64,000 bases of DNA, taken from Tetramitus jugosus. Lineage: Eukaryota > Protista > Heterolobosea. The position numbers and the translations under genes are program-made. Shown one piece after another: positions 1 through 11,097 of the stretch; positions within the stretch are counted from its first letter, which is position 1; each line of letters begins with the position of its first letter. The stretch spans positions 62,001 through 126,000 of the forward strand of contig OW569382.1 in the NCBI GenBank assembly GCA_937625935.1, given 5' to 3'. Below the pieces are notes generated by a model. That model saw only the letters and a list, made by a program, of their open reading frames with translations. It was not told the origin of the DNA and searched no databases.

Positions 1-2
1 CC

Positions 3-1076
3 GAAGTTGTAGAGGAGATAGAGATGAATTCTTCGCCATTCGATGGATATACTCAAGAAACAGACACAGACTTTGATTTCAATCGGAAGAAGAGTCGATC
101 TATTGCCATTCAAAAGTTTCTCTTCTCCAATCGGTTCTTAGTATCTGTGCTTGTGGCGGTGATGATTATACATTTCCTCATTTGGTTTTTTGCTCTGTTT
201 ATCCCGTATCCCAATCAACAGAATCTCAAGGAGATGTTTGCGTTTCGATTCACATGTGGGTCTGATGTGCCTCGTTCCGTTATCATTGGTGTTCAGATTA
301 TTTTCTACCTTTGTATCCAAGCAACGTTTTTGGCAACGTTGTATATATTCAAGATCAGGGACAAGTGGGGAGTGCGTTTGGAGCTTACAGTGTCATTGCT
401 TATTATTTCCGTGACATTTGCAGCCACACTACTGTTAACGAGTATGGGTGATCTCATTTACTTGAAACCTGAAGCTGCTTTTCCTGCAGTTTTCTACGGT
501 TTATTTGGACTTTCTATTGACTTGGTTTGGAGTTGTATGTGGCCTATCATCCAATCATTCTTCCCCAAGAACAATAAGCAACTAGATGAGGAACCAGATT
601 CATTACTCATGGAGGTGCTAGAAGATGAAAACTTTCGGGCAGTCTTTAAACAGTATTGTGCGGCTTCTCTCGTTGTAGAACCAGTATGTTTCTATGAGGA
701 TAATTGTGAATTCGCTGATCCAAGCAACATGAGCAACAAGAGGCTAATTCGCGAGGCGAAACAAATGATTGAAAAGTACTGTAGAGATAATTCTCCCTTA
801 TTGCTCAATTTGCCAAACAAGGACAAAATGCTGGAGCCAATCGAGTCCAAGATTAAGGAATACGAAGCAAGGTTGATTCACGAAGCCCAGAACAAGTCGA
901 ACGACACGCCACAAGAGAGATGGGTCGATCCTAACTTATTCATCAGGATCAATAACGTTTGTCTGAGTGATATGAACAATGATACATTTGTTAGGTTCAG
1001 ATTAGATTCTGCATATGAAACCTACTTGAAGGAGAAACAGAAGCTAGTGAAACAGCAGCAACAATTCGGAATTTGA
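3..1076 (+). CDS. Multi-pass membrane protein with C-terminal RGS domain (7TM-RGS-like), probably 5'-partial
   Basis: Several hydrophobic helices, a 'KIRDKWGVRLEL' loop, then RGS-like 'VLEDENFRAVFKQYC...EPVCFYED...IEKYC...SPLLLNL...NDTFVRF'. The frame is open upstream of ATG 24 to the window edge. Confidence 0.75.
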   Translation, partial: EVVEEIEMNSSPFDGYTQETDTDFDFNRKKSRSIAIQKFLFSNRFLVSVLVAVMIIHFLIWFFALFIPYPNQQNLKEMFAFRFTCGSDVPRSVIIGVQIIFYLCIQATFLATLYIFKIRDKWGVRLELTVSLLIISVTFAATLLLTSMGDLIYLKPEAAFPAVFYGLFGLSIDLVWSCMWPIIQSFFPKNNKQLDEEPDSLLMEVLEDENFRAVFKQYCAASLVVEPVCFYEDNCEFADPSNMSNKRLIREAKQMIEKYCRDNSPLLLNLPNKDKMLEPIESKIKEYEARLIHEAQNKSNDTPQERWVDPNLFIRINNVCLSDMNNDTFVRFRLDSAYETYLKEKQKLVKQQQQFGI

Positions 1077-1222
1077 TTCAGTGTTGATAAACAATCCAGC
1101 ACAATTTTTGTTGTTAGGTTTCTGACAGATGTATGTCTCAACAACATTGTTCTTTTCATTTGCGGACATTGTTCGTTGACCTCGAATTTGATTTCAATTG
1201 CAACATGCAATATTCAGTTTTA

Positions 1223-2737
1223 TTATGATGCTTCTTCACTAGCAGGTGTTGAGCGCCTCTTAAGAATTAGATGTTCTTTCTGAATCTTGGCAGTCACTAA
1301 GGTTTCTACAACAGGTTCATGTGTCAGCGGGTCAATGTTAGATGGGAATTCAAATCGATAGTTTTGCAAAAATCTGACCACAATAGCTGTGATCTCAGTC
1401 ATGGCAAATTTCTTTCCCACACAAGTGCGAGTACCATAACTGAATGCCTGAAAAGCAGTAGTTTCATACTTCTTAGTGGAGCGATCAGGGTCGAAAACGA
1501 GAGGTGCTTCCCAGATTTTCTCATTCATGTGAGCAATGTACGTATTCACCAAGATGTTGGTGCCTCGAGGAATGTTGAATCCTCCCAAAGTATCATCTCC
1601 TTTTGCCACCTTTGGCACTGCGACGATCGGACTATGCATTCTTAGACACTCATTAATACATTTCTGAACATAGGGCAATGAAGAATCATATGAAAAACTT
1701 CTACCCTCCAGTTCTCTATCAATTTCATCAATACACTTTGTCTGGATATGAGGATTCTTGGCCAGTTCGCAGAATAGATGTCCCATGACAGTAGCCGATG
1801 TCTCATGACCTGCAAAAAGAAAGATAAAGGTATTGGATAGAATCTCTTGATCAGTCAGCCTTGACTCTCCCTCACCAAGCTCATTCGACTTCAACAACAG
1901 ACTGATCAGATCTGAGCGAGCTTCAAAACCTTTCTTTCTCCTTTGATTCAAGAGATCAAGGATATAGTTCTGAACTGCTGTCTTGGCATTCCAAATCGGA
2001 CGATGCAATCTTATTAAGGAAGGAGGAAAGACCGACCACAACACTACTGCCCAGGTGCTTGTAGTTGCTAGAGCCTCGTAGAAGGATAGTGTTTGATCGG
2101 ACTTATCTAGTATACTCAGAGTATCATCCTCTGTATCGGCACTCTCGAACACACCCAAATCAACTCCAAAGTTTGATTTGCCAATAATATCCACTGTTAC
2201 ATCGGTCATATCCTTGTTCACCTCCATTGTTCCACCATTTGCGATTATCCTTTCCATCAAAAGATCAGTGGAGCGATTAGAAACCCTCGCCAAGTACTTC
2301 AAGTTACTGGGAAAGAATGCAGGATTAACCACCTTGTGATGTCTTCTATGGGCATGTCCTCCAGCTGCAGTAACAATATTATCACCAAATATCGTTAGAC
2401 CGCTGTACAAAATTGTGGGCTTGTGGTAATTGTTGCTAGTCATGACCCTCTTTGCTACTTTCGGGCTGTTCGAGAAGACATAGGTTGACCAACCAGCAGT
2501 GACCTGAAACACTTCATGGTCCCTAAATTGATGACTCAGTTCAACCATCGTTTTGTAGTTTCCTCGGAAGAGATAAGGTCCTAGATATGGAATAGGGAAA
2601 GCGAAAGGTGACTCTGGAAGAATTTGACGCACACCTGGAATGTGCTTGTACTTGTTCCATTGCTGTATGTGCTTGAGAACGAAGCCCAAAATGCCAATGC
2701 CCACCACCACAATTGTCTGTAGAATTAAGTCTCCCAT
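1223..2737 (-). CDS. Cytochrome P450
   Basis: N-terminal TM anchor, I-helix AGHETS, K-helix ECLR, FDPDR, haem motif FSYGTRTCVG. Confidence 0.97.
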   Translation of the reverse strand: MGDLILQTIVVVGIGILGFVLKHIQQWNKYKHIPGVRQILPESPFAFPIPYLGPYLFRGNYKTMVELSHQFRDHEVFQVTAGWSTYVFSNSPKVAKRVMTSNNYHKPTILYSGLTIFGDNIVTAAGGHAHRRHHKVVNPAFFPSNLKYLARVSNRSTDLLMERIIANGGTMEVNKDMTDVTVDIIGKSNFGVDLGVFESADTEDDTLSILDKSDQTLSFYEALATTSTWAVVLWSVFPPSLIRLHRPIWNAKTAVQNYILDLLNQRRKKGFEARSDLISLLLKSNELGEGESRLTDQEILSNTFIFLFAGHETSATVMGHLFCELAKNPHIQTKCIDEIDRELEGRSFSYDSSLPYVQKCINECLRMHSPIVAVPKVAKGDDTLGGFNIPRGTNILVNTYIAHMNEKIWEAPLVFDPDRSTKKYETTAFQAFSYGTRTCVGKKFAMTEITAIVVRFLQNYRFEFPSNIDPLTHEPVVETLVTAKIQKEHLILKRRSTPASEEAS

Positions 2738-2922
2738 GTTAAAGTTCTTTGTTAGGTATAGCTGTTGATACTGTTTTGACTATTCGTTGGAATGATTGCG
2801 AAACGAAATATGACTCTTTTGAAGGCCAGTGATGTTGCGGGAGCCTCCTTCTTATACCCTTTCCTTCCCGTAGCCGATTTTTCCGCCTCCGATGTAAGTC
2901 CGCGACGACAAAATTTCAGCGA

Positions 2923-4611
2923 TCATCTGACTATAAAGACGTTTGATGCGGGAGCATACCTCTCCAATGCCTGATATACATCTGCTTTTCTGACAGGCTT
3001 AATTAGATAGTTGTCCATACCTGCTTCCAAAGCAGCCGCTCGATCAATCTCTTGGGCATCACCTGATAAGCCGATAATGGGAATGTGGATCAATCGTTGT
3101 TCCGTTTCAAGTCTGCGTATCTGTTTGGTAGCAAGTAGACCATTCATAACAGGCATATTGACATCCATGAAGATAATATCAAAAGTGTGTTCCTGGAAGC
3201 ATTTTACTGCTTCAAGACCGTTGTTTGCAATTGTACAGGTATGTCCCACTTGTTGCAAATAAGCCTTCAACACCCTCTGATTAATAATGTTATCTTCGAC
3301 GACCAAGACTGAGAAACTATTAGGGGCACTGCTGGGTAAAGTTTGTGTTGCTGCCTCCTCTTGTTGGAAGGACAATTGTTCTTCGAGAGAGAGGGGTTTG
3401 GAGCGAATCACACAGTTAAATGTTGTGCCCTTTCCTTTTTCACTTTCAACTTGGATAGAACCCTTCATTAGTTGAACTAACTTTTTGGTAATATACAGAC
3501 CTAAGCCTGTACTTTCGACTGAAGGAGATAGTGATCTAGTCACTTGAGAGAATTGATTGAACAAACGACTTTTCTCTTCAGAAGTCATACCAGGACCTGT
3601 ATCTTGAACAATCAAGGAAAAGTAGGTATGTGTTGCTGTTTTTTGACTCACATCCATACTGAGAGTAATTGTGCCCTGCTTCGTGAATTTAATGGCATTA
3701 CTGAGAAGATTGATAACAACTTGTCGGATTCGAAATACATCACCCTTGCACCATTGGGCTTCTTCAGGGAGAATGCTCCGGATAGTAAGACCTTTTTGCT
3801 CTGCTTGCGGTTTTAGCATCGCGATAGCGTCGAGAAGCGGCTTTTTGATGTCCATGGGAGATTTGGTTAATCGTAATCGACCTGCCTTTAGTTTGGTTGC
3901 ATCAATAAAGTCATCCAGAATCACCTTTTGATGATCAGCACATAGGTGTATCGTGTCCTATGAGTCATTGATATCACTAATTCTCGTGTTCAATCGCTCG
4001 TCCTTAATTCTTAAGCCTTCAATCTCTTTGACGTTTCCTTTCGCAACGTCGGTCGTACCATAAATGACAAACAATGGATTTCGAACCTCATGACACACTT
4101 CGGCGACTAAATTGGCTTGCATTTGAAGCAAATTATCCCGTTGTTTAATCTTTTGCTCATATGATTCCTGAATGGCAGCCAGATGTGCTTCCTCTAGTTT
4201 ACGTATTCTCTCCTCTGTTTGTTTTCGCTCTGTTAAGTCTCTTGTGACTTTGATAAAGCCAATATGCTTCTGATTATAGATAATAGGAGTAATGACAACA
4301 TTGGCCCAAAATTTTGTCCCATCTTTTTGAACTCTCCAATTTTCATCTTCAAATCGACCTTGTTCTTTTGCCTTTGCTAGTTCATAGTCAGGATAGTGGT
4401 CTTCAACTGCTTGCGCAGGATAAAATTTCTTGAAGTTTTGACCAATTATTTCATTCAGCGTATAACCTTTAATTGCTTCTGCACCCTTGTTCCAAGTTTT
4501 GACATAACCTTCTGGATCCAGAACGATGATGGCATAGTCTTTAATGGAATCGATGCTCAATTCCAAAATTTTCATTTTCTCTTCATTGCAAATCTCTGAA
4601 AGGTTCTTCAT
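2923..4611 (-). pseudogene. Hybrid sensor histidine kinase (PAS-HisKA-HATPase_c-REC) interrupted by one in-frame TAG at 3958-3960
   Basis: PAS/PAC (DYAIIVLDPEG...WNKGAE...KDGTKFWANV...TRDLTERK), H-box HEVRNPL, N-box NLLSNAIKFT, G1 DTGPGM, G2 GLGL, and REC (VVEDN, DVNMPVMNG, KP). The two track ORFs share one frame: INDS*DTIHLCADHQKVILDDFID. Confidence 0.85.
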
Positions 4612-5058
4612 TGTATTGACCTACTTCGATAAGTGACGACTGCTGTTGGTTTGCTTTTTGTTAGTCCGATCAGTTTTCATGAAATGCTGGATCGACCGAT
4701 TTTACAATTATTTTTAACCATTGGTCACAATGTAAACTATTTAGCTTGCTCTCTCCACCAAGGATTATCAAGTACTCTAGACACAACTGTTAAATGTGGA
4801 TGAAATTGTCACAGTACCCATTTCTCCTTTCTGTACTTTTCGCGCCAGTCAAGGTTACTCCGTGGAGCGAGAATCTTCCTTATTTCGCGAACAGGATACA
4901 CCATTTCTGGTTTGGTCCCTTGAAGCTTCAATAACACGCGAGTTTTTTGCTCCAACGTGTGCTTGTCAAGCAAGTCATCCTTCCTCCTATCCTACTTTAT
5001 GTTTTCCATTCTTTATTATTCCATATAGAGATAGAGAAAGCACACTTCACAAAAACCA

Positions 5059-7419
5059 ATGTTCTTTTTGAATCATGCTGATTCTACTACTAGTTTGAGT
5101 AGTACATCAGAAGCTGAGAACAATGATGAAGGATATGAGGCACAATTGGACGATTCGTTCAATCAACTTCCATCTCGCTCCGATACCCCACCACAAGAAG
5201 AAACAGCAAAGGACCAACAAGCTCATGAGCAGCAGCAAAATGAGGAGAAAAATCAAGATTTTAGCTTCGCTCCTTCCATTGCACAAAGCCATCCAGTAAC
5301 ACAAGAAGAAGAGATCGAAAGAGGTCACAATCACTTCTCTTCGACATCTGTGGCTCACACAGAGAAAGCAGAGAGAACTAGAGGTAGAGAACATCATAAG
5401 GATTTAGCAATCAAGATTGTTCGTTTTGCTGATGAGCTCGAAACACCTCTAACAGAGGTCTCGATATCACCATCCTCTCGTACTACAGTGTCGAGAGGTG
5501 AAGAACATTTTATTATACCCATGGGTGATGAACTTCTCACTCCCTCGATGGTATCGACATCTGCAGATTTAGACACGGAGGGAGATTTATCTCGTGTGGA
5601 CTCTGTGGCAACCATTCTGGAGATGGATGATGTGAGCATTGATTCACAGTATCCTCTACAAGATGATGATGATCAAGAGAAGGAAGAAACAAACGATACT
5701 ACTGTTGTTCATTCGCAACCTGGTGGTGAGAACAATACAGTGGCTTCGTTGGAGAACAAGACAAACTCGCATCATGCTCCCCTTAAGCGCCAGTCTTCAA
5801 TGAAACGAGTGAAATCGAAGTTTGATCTAACGGACGATATTTTACTGCCGAGTGATGAATTGAGTAAGCGAGAAGACGAATATCATCGACTCAAAGCAGG
5901 TTTATTATACAGAAAACAAGAGAAAGAGCTAAGAAAAGCGAGCAACCTTTCGATAGATCCGAAGAATGAACAAACCGATGGTAATTGGTTTCAACAAACG
6001 AAGAAATCAGTGAAAAGAGTGATAAAGCGAGCAAAGAGATTTTGTGTTGGAGCACCACCAAAGAAGATTTATGATTTGGATGTCCAGGACGCGAAACTTG
6101 TGAAAACTGTTATCATTGATTTGTTGTATGCTCTATTGTCATTTGGAATGCCTGTGTATCGAGTCGAGAATCACTGTCATCAGATATGCACATGTTATGG
6201 AGTGAATTGTTACTTGGACGCAACAAACTCTGGCTTTTTAATCACATTCGCGAACTCGTTCGATGAAGAGTACACTGATACGAGATTTATTAAAATACCG
6301 TCGACATATATCGATTTGAGCAAGCTATGTCTGTTGGATGACGTAGCTTATGACATTATCTCAAATCGAGTATCAATACACGACGCCAAGCAACGAATTA
6401 AGGATATCATATCGAAGCCTCCACTCTATGCCAGCTTTGTGTTCACAATATTTTCATACACGTTATCGAGCACATGTTTCTCTATATTTATTTACAGTTT
6501 GTGGCACGAGATTATAGCAGCAGTAGTGGTAGGATTCTTAGTAGGTGTGTGCACAGTTATTGTGAGAAAGTTTTTCCCTTCGTTACTCCCTGTGCTCCCG
6601 GCGGTCAATGCTTTGGTGTCTGGTCTCATTTCAGTTGCTTTTAAAGCAATCTATGCTCGGCACAGTATGCCCATGAAATCCACAAGTATTGCACTCGCAG
6701 GTATAATCACAATGATGCCTGGACTATCCATCACTACATCGATTCAAGAACTTACATCGAAACAATTGCGGAGTGGTGCACTAAGGCTTGTTGGTGCGTT
6801 AACGACATCAGTACAACTCGGTGCAGGCATCTATGTGGCCAGAGTGATTGAGTTAGCGAGTACGATACCGAACATACAGGCAAACACATTCTACTTCCCC
6901 AAGTGGGCTCTAGCTCTCGTCATTCCCTGCAGTTCAGTGAGTTATATGGTATCACTGAAAGCTCCTCAATATCCAATGGTTATTCTATTCATCATTGCCA
7001 ATGGTTATCAAGCATATTTTCTGACACAGTACATGTCAATCCTATTGACGCCAGAGCTGGGTTCAATGATTGGCGCTTTTTCAATACAGACAATCTCCAA
7101 GATTTATGGATGGTTGTCCAACCATCCTCCGGCTGTCATTACCAGTTGTGTCATTCTCAACCTCGTTCCTGGATCCATGTCCGTGAGAGGTATCAATGCC
7201 CTGTTGGACAATGATTTGGACAATGGAACTTGGTTGCTTGTACGAACACTTCAAGTGGCACTCGGTTTGGCTATCGGGCTCATTCTTGCAAACTTTTGCT
7301 TTGCTTGGATCAATCATCGACATGACCAGGTCACAAAGATTCATAAGCTGAAGAGAATTCGGCTCCCCATTTACCCTGACCTGGAAGGAATCATGGCAAA
7401 GGTTGGAAAGAGCGCGTGA
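5059..7419 (+). CDS. Prm10-like / ThrE-family (threonine/serine exporter domain) membrane protein
   Basis: Acidic disordered N-terminus, then 'ALLSFGMPVYRVE', 'IDLSKL', 'MPGLSITTSIQEL', 'LVPGSMSVRG' and about 10 TM helices. Confidence 0.85.
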   Translation: MFFLNHADSTTSLSSTSEAENNDEGYEAQLDDSFNQLPSRSDTPPQEETAKDQQAHEQQQNEEKNQDFSFAPSIAQSHPVTQEEEIERGHNHFSSTSVAHTEKAERTRGREHHKDLAIKIVRFADELETPLTEVSISPSSRTTVSRGEEHFIIPMGDELLTPSMVSTSADLDTEGDLSRVDSVATILEMDDVSIDSQYPLQDDDDQEKEETNDTTVVHSQPGGENNTVASLENKTNSHHAPLKRQSSMKRVKSKFDLTDDILLPSDELSKREDEYHRLKAGLLYRKQEKELRKASNLSIDPKNEQTDGNWFQQTKKSVKRVIKRAKRFCVGAPPKKIYDLDVQDAKLVKTVIIDLLYALLSFGMPVYRVENHCHQICTCYGVNCYLDATNSGFLITFANSFDEEYTDTRFIKIPSTYIDLSKLCLLDDVAYDIISNRVSIHDAKQRIKDIISKPPLYASFVFTIFSYTLSSTCFSIFIYSLWHEIIAAVVVGFLVGVCTVIVRKFFPSLLPVLPAVNALVSGLISVAFKAIYARHSMPMKSTSIALAGIITMMPGLSITTSIQELTSKQLRSGALRLVGALTTSVQLGAGIYVARVIELASTIPNIQANTFYFPKWALALVIPCSSVSYMVSLKAPQYPMVILFIIANGYQAYFLTQYMSILLTPELGSMIGAFSIQTISKIYGWLSNHPPAVITSCVILNLVPGSMSVRGINALLDNDLDNGTWLLVRTLQVALGLAIGLILANFCFAWINHRHDQVTKIHKLKRIRLPIYPDLEGIMAKVGKSA

Positions 7420-7507
7420 AACAAAATTATTATCAGAATGAAAGTTTACGACATTATTTATTTACATAATTACATGAGCAACAAACAACACTGTTGTACT
7501 AGTATTA

Positions 7508-8536
7508 TTACTGCTCGTTAGAAGTGCTTACTGATGGCGTGACGAGAGATACCTTATCTGGTGCGCGAACTGGCCGAGTGGCATTGAATTTTCTACTCGA
7601 AGTGAAGAAGGAAGATCCTTGTCGATCCAGAATCTCTCTTGCTCTTGAATTTGCCTTTCTGAACGAGCCAACGACACGATGGTTGACCGATGGACTCAAC
7701 ATGACAAAATGGTTCAAGAACAAGAGTGCCAACAGCAACCACACGAGATTGAACGACCATATTCGATCGACACGATCCCTGTCAGAGAAACCAACTCGCT
7801 GAGAATCAAAACCATAGTCGATGAATGTCGAAGCTATGCGAGCTGCACTGAACACTAGAAACGCCCAAATCATTTCCCAAGGCAACCAAATTCTCTTCTC
7901 ACTGGTCCTCCTGTGCACATAAATCGCACCAAACGACAGAGAGAAGATGAACAAACCAAGACAAACAACGATAAGAAAACTATCGTACAACAAGTCAATC
8001 ACAGTGTTTGCATTTCCCAAGCTACCATAGCTTCCTCCTCTTATGGCAACCATGAGGTTGACAATAAATTTCGCAATGGCCATCGGAATCAAAAACATAA
8101 TGCTACTCGCAACGAGCGCAAACTGACACATTTTGATTTTCCATTCCGTCACATATTTCCTGCATCGGTTGAACATGGAATTACAGTGAACAATAGCCAC
8201 AATAAGTAACAATAATTGAAGAATAATATCTCCAAATGTTTGTTGAATCAAACGATTGACATTGGTTCGGTTAGGATTCAATCCTGTTCGCAAGTATGCC
8301 GCTGATGCAATGATACGATTGATTAGCAGTCCCATGGCCACTCCAGCCGACAATAGTGTCATGAGACATGTGAAAGTACTAAATCTCTTGGAGAGAGCCA
8401 GTTGTTGATACCGAAAGTTCCACACTGTGATGAAAAAGCCGGCAATGAAGATGCCAGCGATCAACACGAGAGAAGCCCCAGAGACGCATATATCTGCAGT
8501 GCTCAACGTCTTTTCCAAATCTCCTACGATTGCCAT
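7508..8536 (-). CDS. Hypothetical ~7-TM membrane protein
   Basis: 342-aa ORF with about 7 hydrophobic segments and a basic C-terminal tail. Confidence 0.7.
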   Translation of the reverse strand: MAIVGDLEKTLSTADICVSGASLVLIAGIFIAGFFITVWNFRYQQLALSKRFSTFTCLMTLLSAGVAMGLLINRIIASAAYLRTGLNPNRTNVNRLIQQTFGDIILQLLLLIVAIVHCNSMFNRCRKYVTEWKIKMCQFALVASSIMFLIPMAIAKFIVNLMVAIRGGSYGSLGNANTVIDLLYDSFLIVVCLGLFIFSLSFGAIYVHRRTSEKRIWLPWEMIWAFLVFSAARIASTFIDYGFDSQRVGFSDRDRVDRIWSFNLVWLLLALLFLNHFVMLSPSVNHRVVGSFRKANSRAREILDRQGSSFFTSSRKFNATRPVRAPDKVSLVTPSVSTSNEQ

Positions 8537-9041
8537 TACTTACTCGTTTACAGTTCAGAAAGTGTTTCCGATGAGAGTGTGCTGATTGTATGAAGTTGTT
8601 AACCTCTCGGAGATTTTTTCGCTACTTACAAAAATAGTTTGATCCGATGTGGAGTTATTAGGGGATGATTGTATTCGAAGTTGTATTGGATGATACAGAA
8701 TATGGAGGAATACCGTCAATTCCAAATGGATTCTTCCATGATGATATTTTATCGGATGATCGGAGATCCGGGGCAAAATGCAATGGATATGATCCATCGT
8801 CGCCATGTTAAGTCGAACTCTCCGGCGGTACATTAGTTGAAATGGTTGCTCGGTCGTTGAGCGTAAGTACTTTCTCAATGATTTACATGAATGTTTATTA
8901 CCCGGATGAATGAATTCGAGGTGTGGCGTTCACACAAACACCTCCTACATAGCAAAAATACAGTCCGTTGTTTGTTGGCTTGAGCTTGTCCCAATCAACA
9001 TCAAATAAAGCATGATATTCACAGTGAGTTTTCAATGTCAA

Positions 9042-10157
9042 TTACAAGTCCTTCTTGGTCTGTTGTTCAGCAGAATTTGCATTGGACACATCTCCAGATG
9101 GTACGACATCTGTTCCGTTGGTACAGTCGTGTCCAGTGACCTTTGACTTGTGGAACACGGCTCTTCTTCCTTGATCGTGAGACTTTTTGGTTCTCTTGAC
9201 TCGGTCATAGGTACCATAACCATTGGTGAAAATGTACTCGTAAATTGTGTAAATGTAGCTCTTCTTGTACTCCAAATTCTCATAAAACTCTGGTGCAATC
9301 TTCTTCAACATTGGTAGTCTAGAACCTGGGATACGAGGGAAATCATGATGTTCATTATGATATCCAACATTCAACAGCAACAAATTGGCCAATCCATAGT
9401 AGGAATAAGTTTCTTGATTGTCAGACGATGTGACATAGTGCTCTTGAATGAAATGTCCAGTCAACGGATGCAACCCCAGTCCCAAGAACGTGGAGAGCAA
9501 AAAGTACAATAGTGCACTCCATCCCCAAAAGTAGACGACACTGACATTGAAAACGACTTGAATCGCCATGTTCACCAATTCCCATGCCGTTGGAGGCTTT
9601 GGTCTCACAAACAACGCTCTCAAGCTATAAAAAAAGCTCATGAAAATCACGTTAAAAAGCTTTGCAATCGTAGATTGAATATAATTGGCTTCGAACCACG
9701 TTCCAATATCCGTGTCCAATCCATCGACACCCTGATATTGATGATGTTCGTGGTGATACTTTTTGAATGACATGGCAGCAGGCACTCCCAACGGCAAATT
9801 GACAAAAATGGCCATCAAATAATTGGCCATTTGCGACTCAAAAACAACACAATGAGTCGTTTCATGAATCGCTGATGTACAACTGTGGTTCAACGTTCCA
9901 CCAATAGCATAAGCTACAAACAAATAGCTTAACCATGAAGTACTGTCCTTGATCATGTAGCAAGTCAATAGCTGAAGTGCAACAATCATGAAACAAAAGT
10001 ATTTCGTGTTGGGATCACTACCAAACAGTTCTTTGACTTGTGGGTACTTTTCAAGTATGGCAACCTTTCTTCTGAGATGAGGCTCATCTCTCTCATCCCA
10101 TATATAGTCATCTCTGTGGAGCAAGTGAGATGATAGTTTCTTGTTTGCTTCTGGCAT
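9042..10157 (-). CDS. DEGS1: Sphingolipid delta(4)-desaturase (DES1/DEGS family)
   Basis: N-terminal EPHLRRKVAILEKYPQVKELFG; histidine boxes HETTH, HHEHH and HNEHHDFP. Confidence 0.95.
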   Translation of the reverse strand: MPEANKKLSSHLLHRDDYIWDERDEPHLRRKVAILEKYPQVKELFGSDPNTKYFCFMIVALQLLTCYMIKDSTSWLSYLFVAYAIGGTLNHSCTSAIHETTHCVVFESQMANYLMAIFVNLPLGVPAAMSFKKYHHEHHQYQGVDGLDTDIGTWFEANYIQSTIAKLFNVIFMSFFYSLRALFVRPKPPTAWELVNMAIQVVFNVSVVYFWGWSALLYFLLSTFLGLGLHPLTGHFIQEHYVTSSDNQETYSYYGLANLLLLNVGYHNEHHDFPRIPGSRLPMLKKIAPEFYENLEYKKSYIYTIYEYIFTNGYGTYDRVKRTKKSHDQGRRAVFHKSKVTGHDCTNGTDVVPSGDVSNANSAEQQTKKDL

Positions 10158-11097
10158 CTTTCTTCTTCTTGTTCGTTATTGTTGTTCGTTATTGTTGTTA
10201 GTTGTTAGTTGTTGTTAATGTGAGATCTTTGTTTTGTGTATATATCTCTCTCTAGATTTGTGTGTGTGTGTTTAGCAAAATAAGCTATGTCGTCGGTCTC
10301 TCGTCTTGACAACAGCGTACAGGGTATTATTGTTGTTTATGTGAGTATATATTTAAAGATGCAGGAGGGAATTCAACAAAACGAAGGTACCAAGTTGAAA
10401 CTATCTATTTCAATAAATAATAATAATAGTGATCTTGTTGTAGGTCCAAGACTAGTTGTGAGAGAGAGTTGTTGTTTTGTTGTTGTTGTTGTGGGGAAGA
10501 GTTTGTGTGTGAGCTCGAAAGGGACATCACCGTTCAATTGCGAATGAGTCGTTCACAGAGGGACCTTGAGCAGTGGGGAGAATATGGGCGACACTTGCTA
10601 CGACTGGAGAATACGAAAAAATGAGGAACTTTAGATGGAGGAATTCGGGATTGGACGAATTTCTGCCTTCTCTTGGCGACCGGAGATTTGTTCTGGGGAA
10701 GAAATTCTATGCAATCTGCTCATGACAAAGTCATCAACGGACACAAACAAACAGCAACTGACAAATCCAGATGCAAAAAATATGAGATTGAAGTTTTTTA
10801 TTACATATACATGATTCATCCGAATCTAGGCGAAACACATCCGGAACAAATAAAATTCTCAATACGGCTCTTTGCTTGTCTGATTGGGATGTGAAGTGTG
10901 AAAGGAGGGAATATTTTGGTTGAGGTTTTGCTGGTTGTAGTCAGCCGATTGTTGCAGTTCAGAACAACAGTAACCATCGGTCGACCACATGCACAGGTGT
11001 CACTGGACCACACACAATCTGATAGATTTCTCCATACAGAGATTGCGCGCGAAGAAAACTGACACACTGTCAAAGGTTGTGTAATGGTTCTCATCAT

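Noticed and set aside
3958-3960. Genome-wide TAG reassignment as the explanation for the kinase stop
   Set aside because: TAG terminates FKBP12 (31472) and the STE kinase (33270) at expected positions, and the long conserved genes contain no internal TAG.
8713-8723. CCGTCAATTCC, antisense to a universal SSU rRNA motif (possible snoRNA guide or rRNA fragment)
   Set aside because: Only 11 nt, with no adjacent CTGA box D and no further rRNA similarity; compatible with chance.
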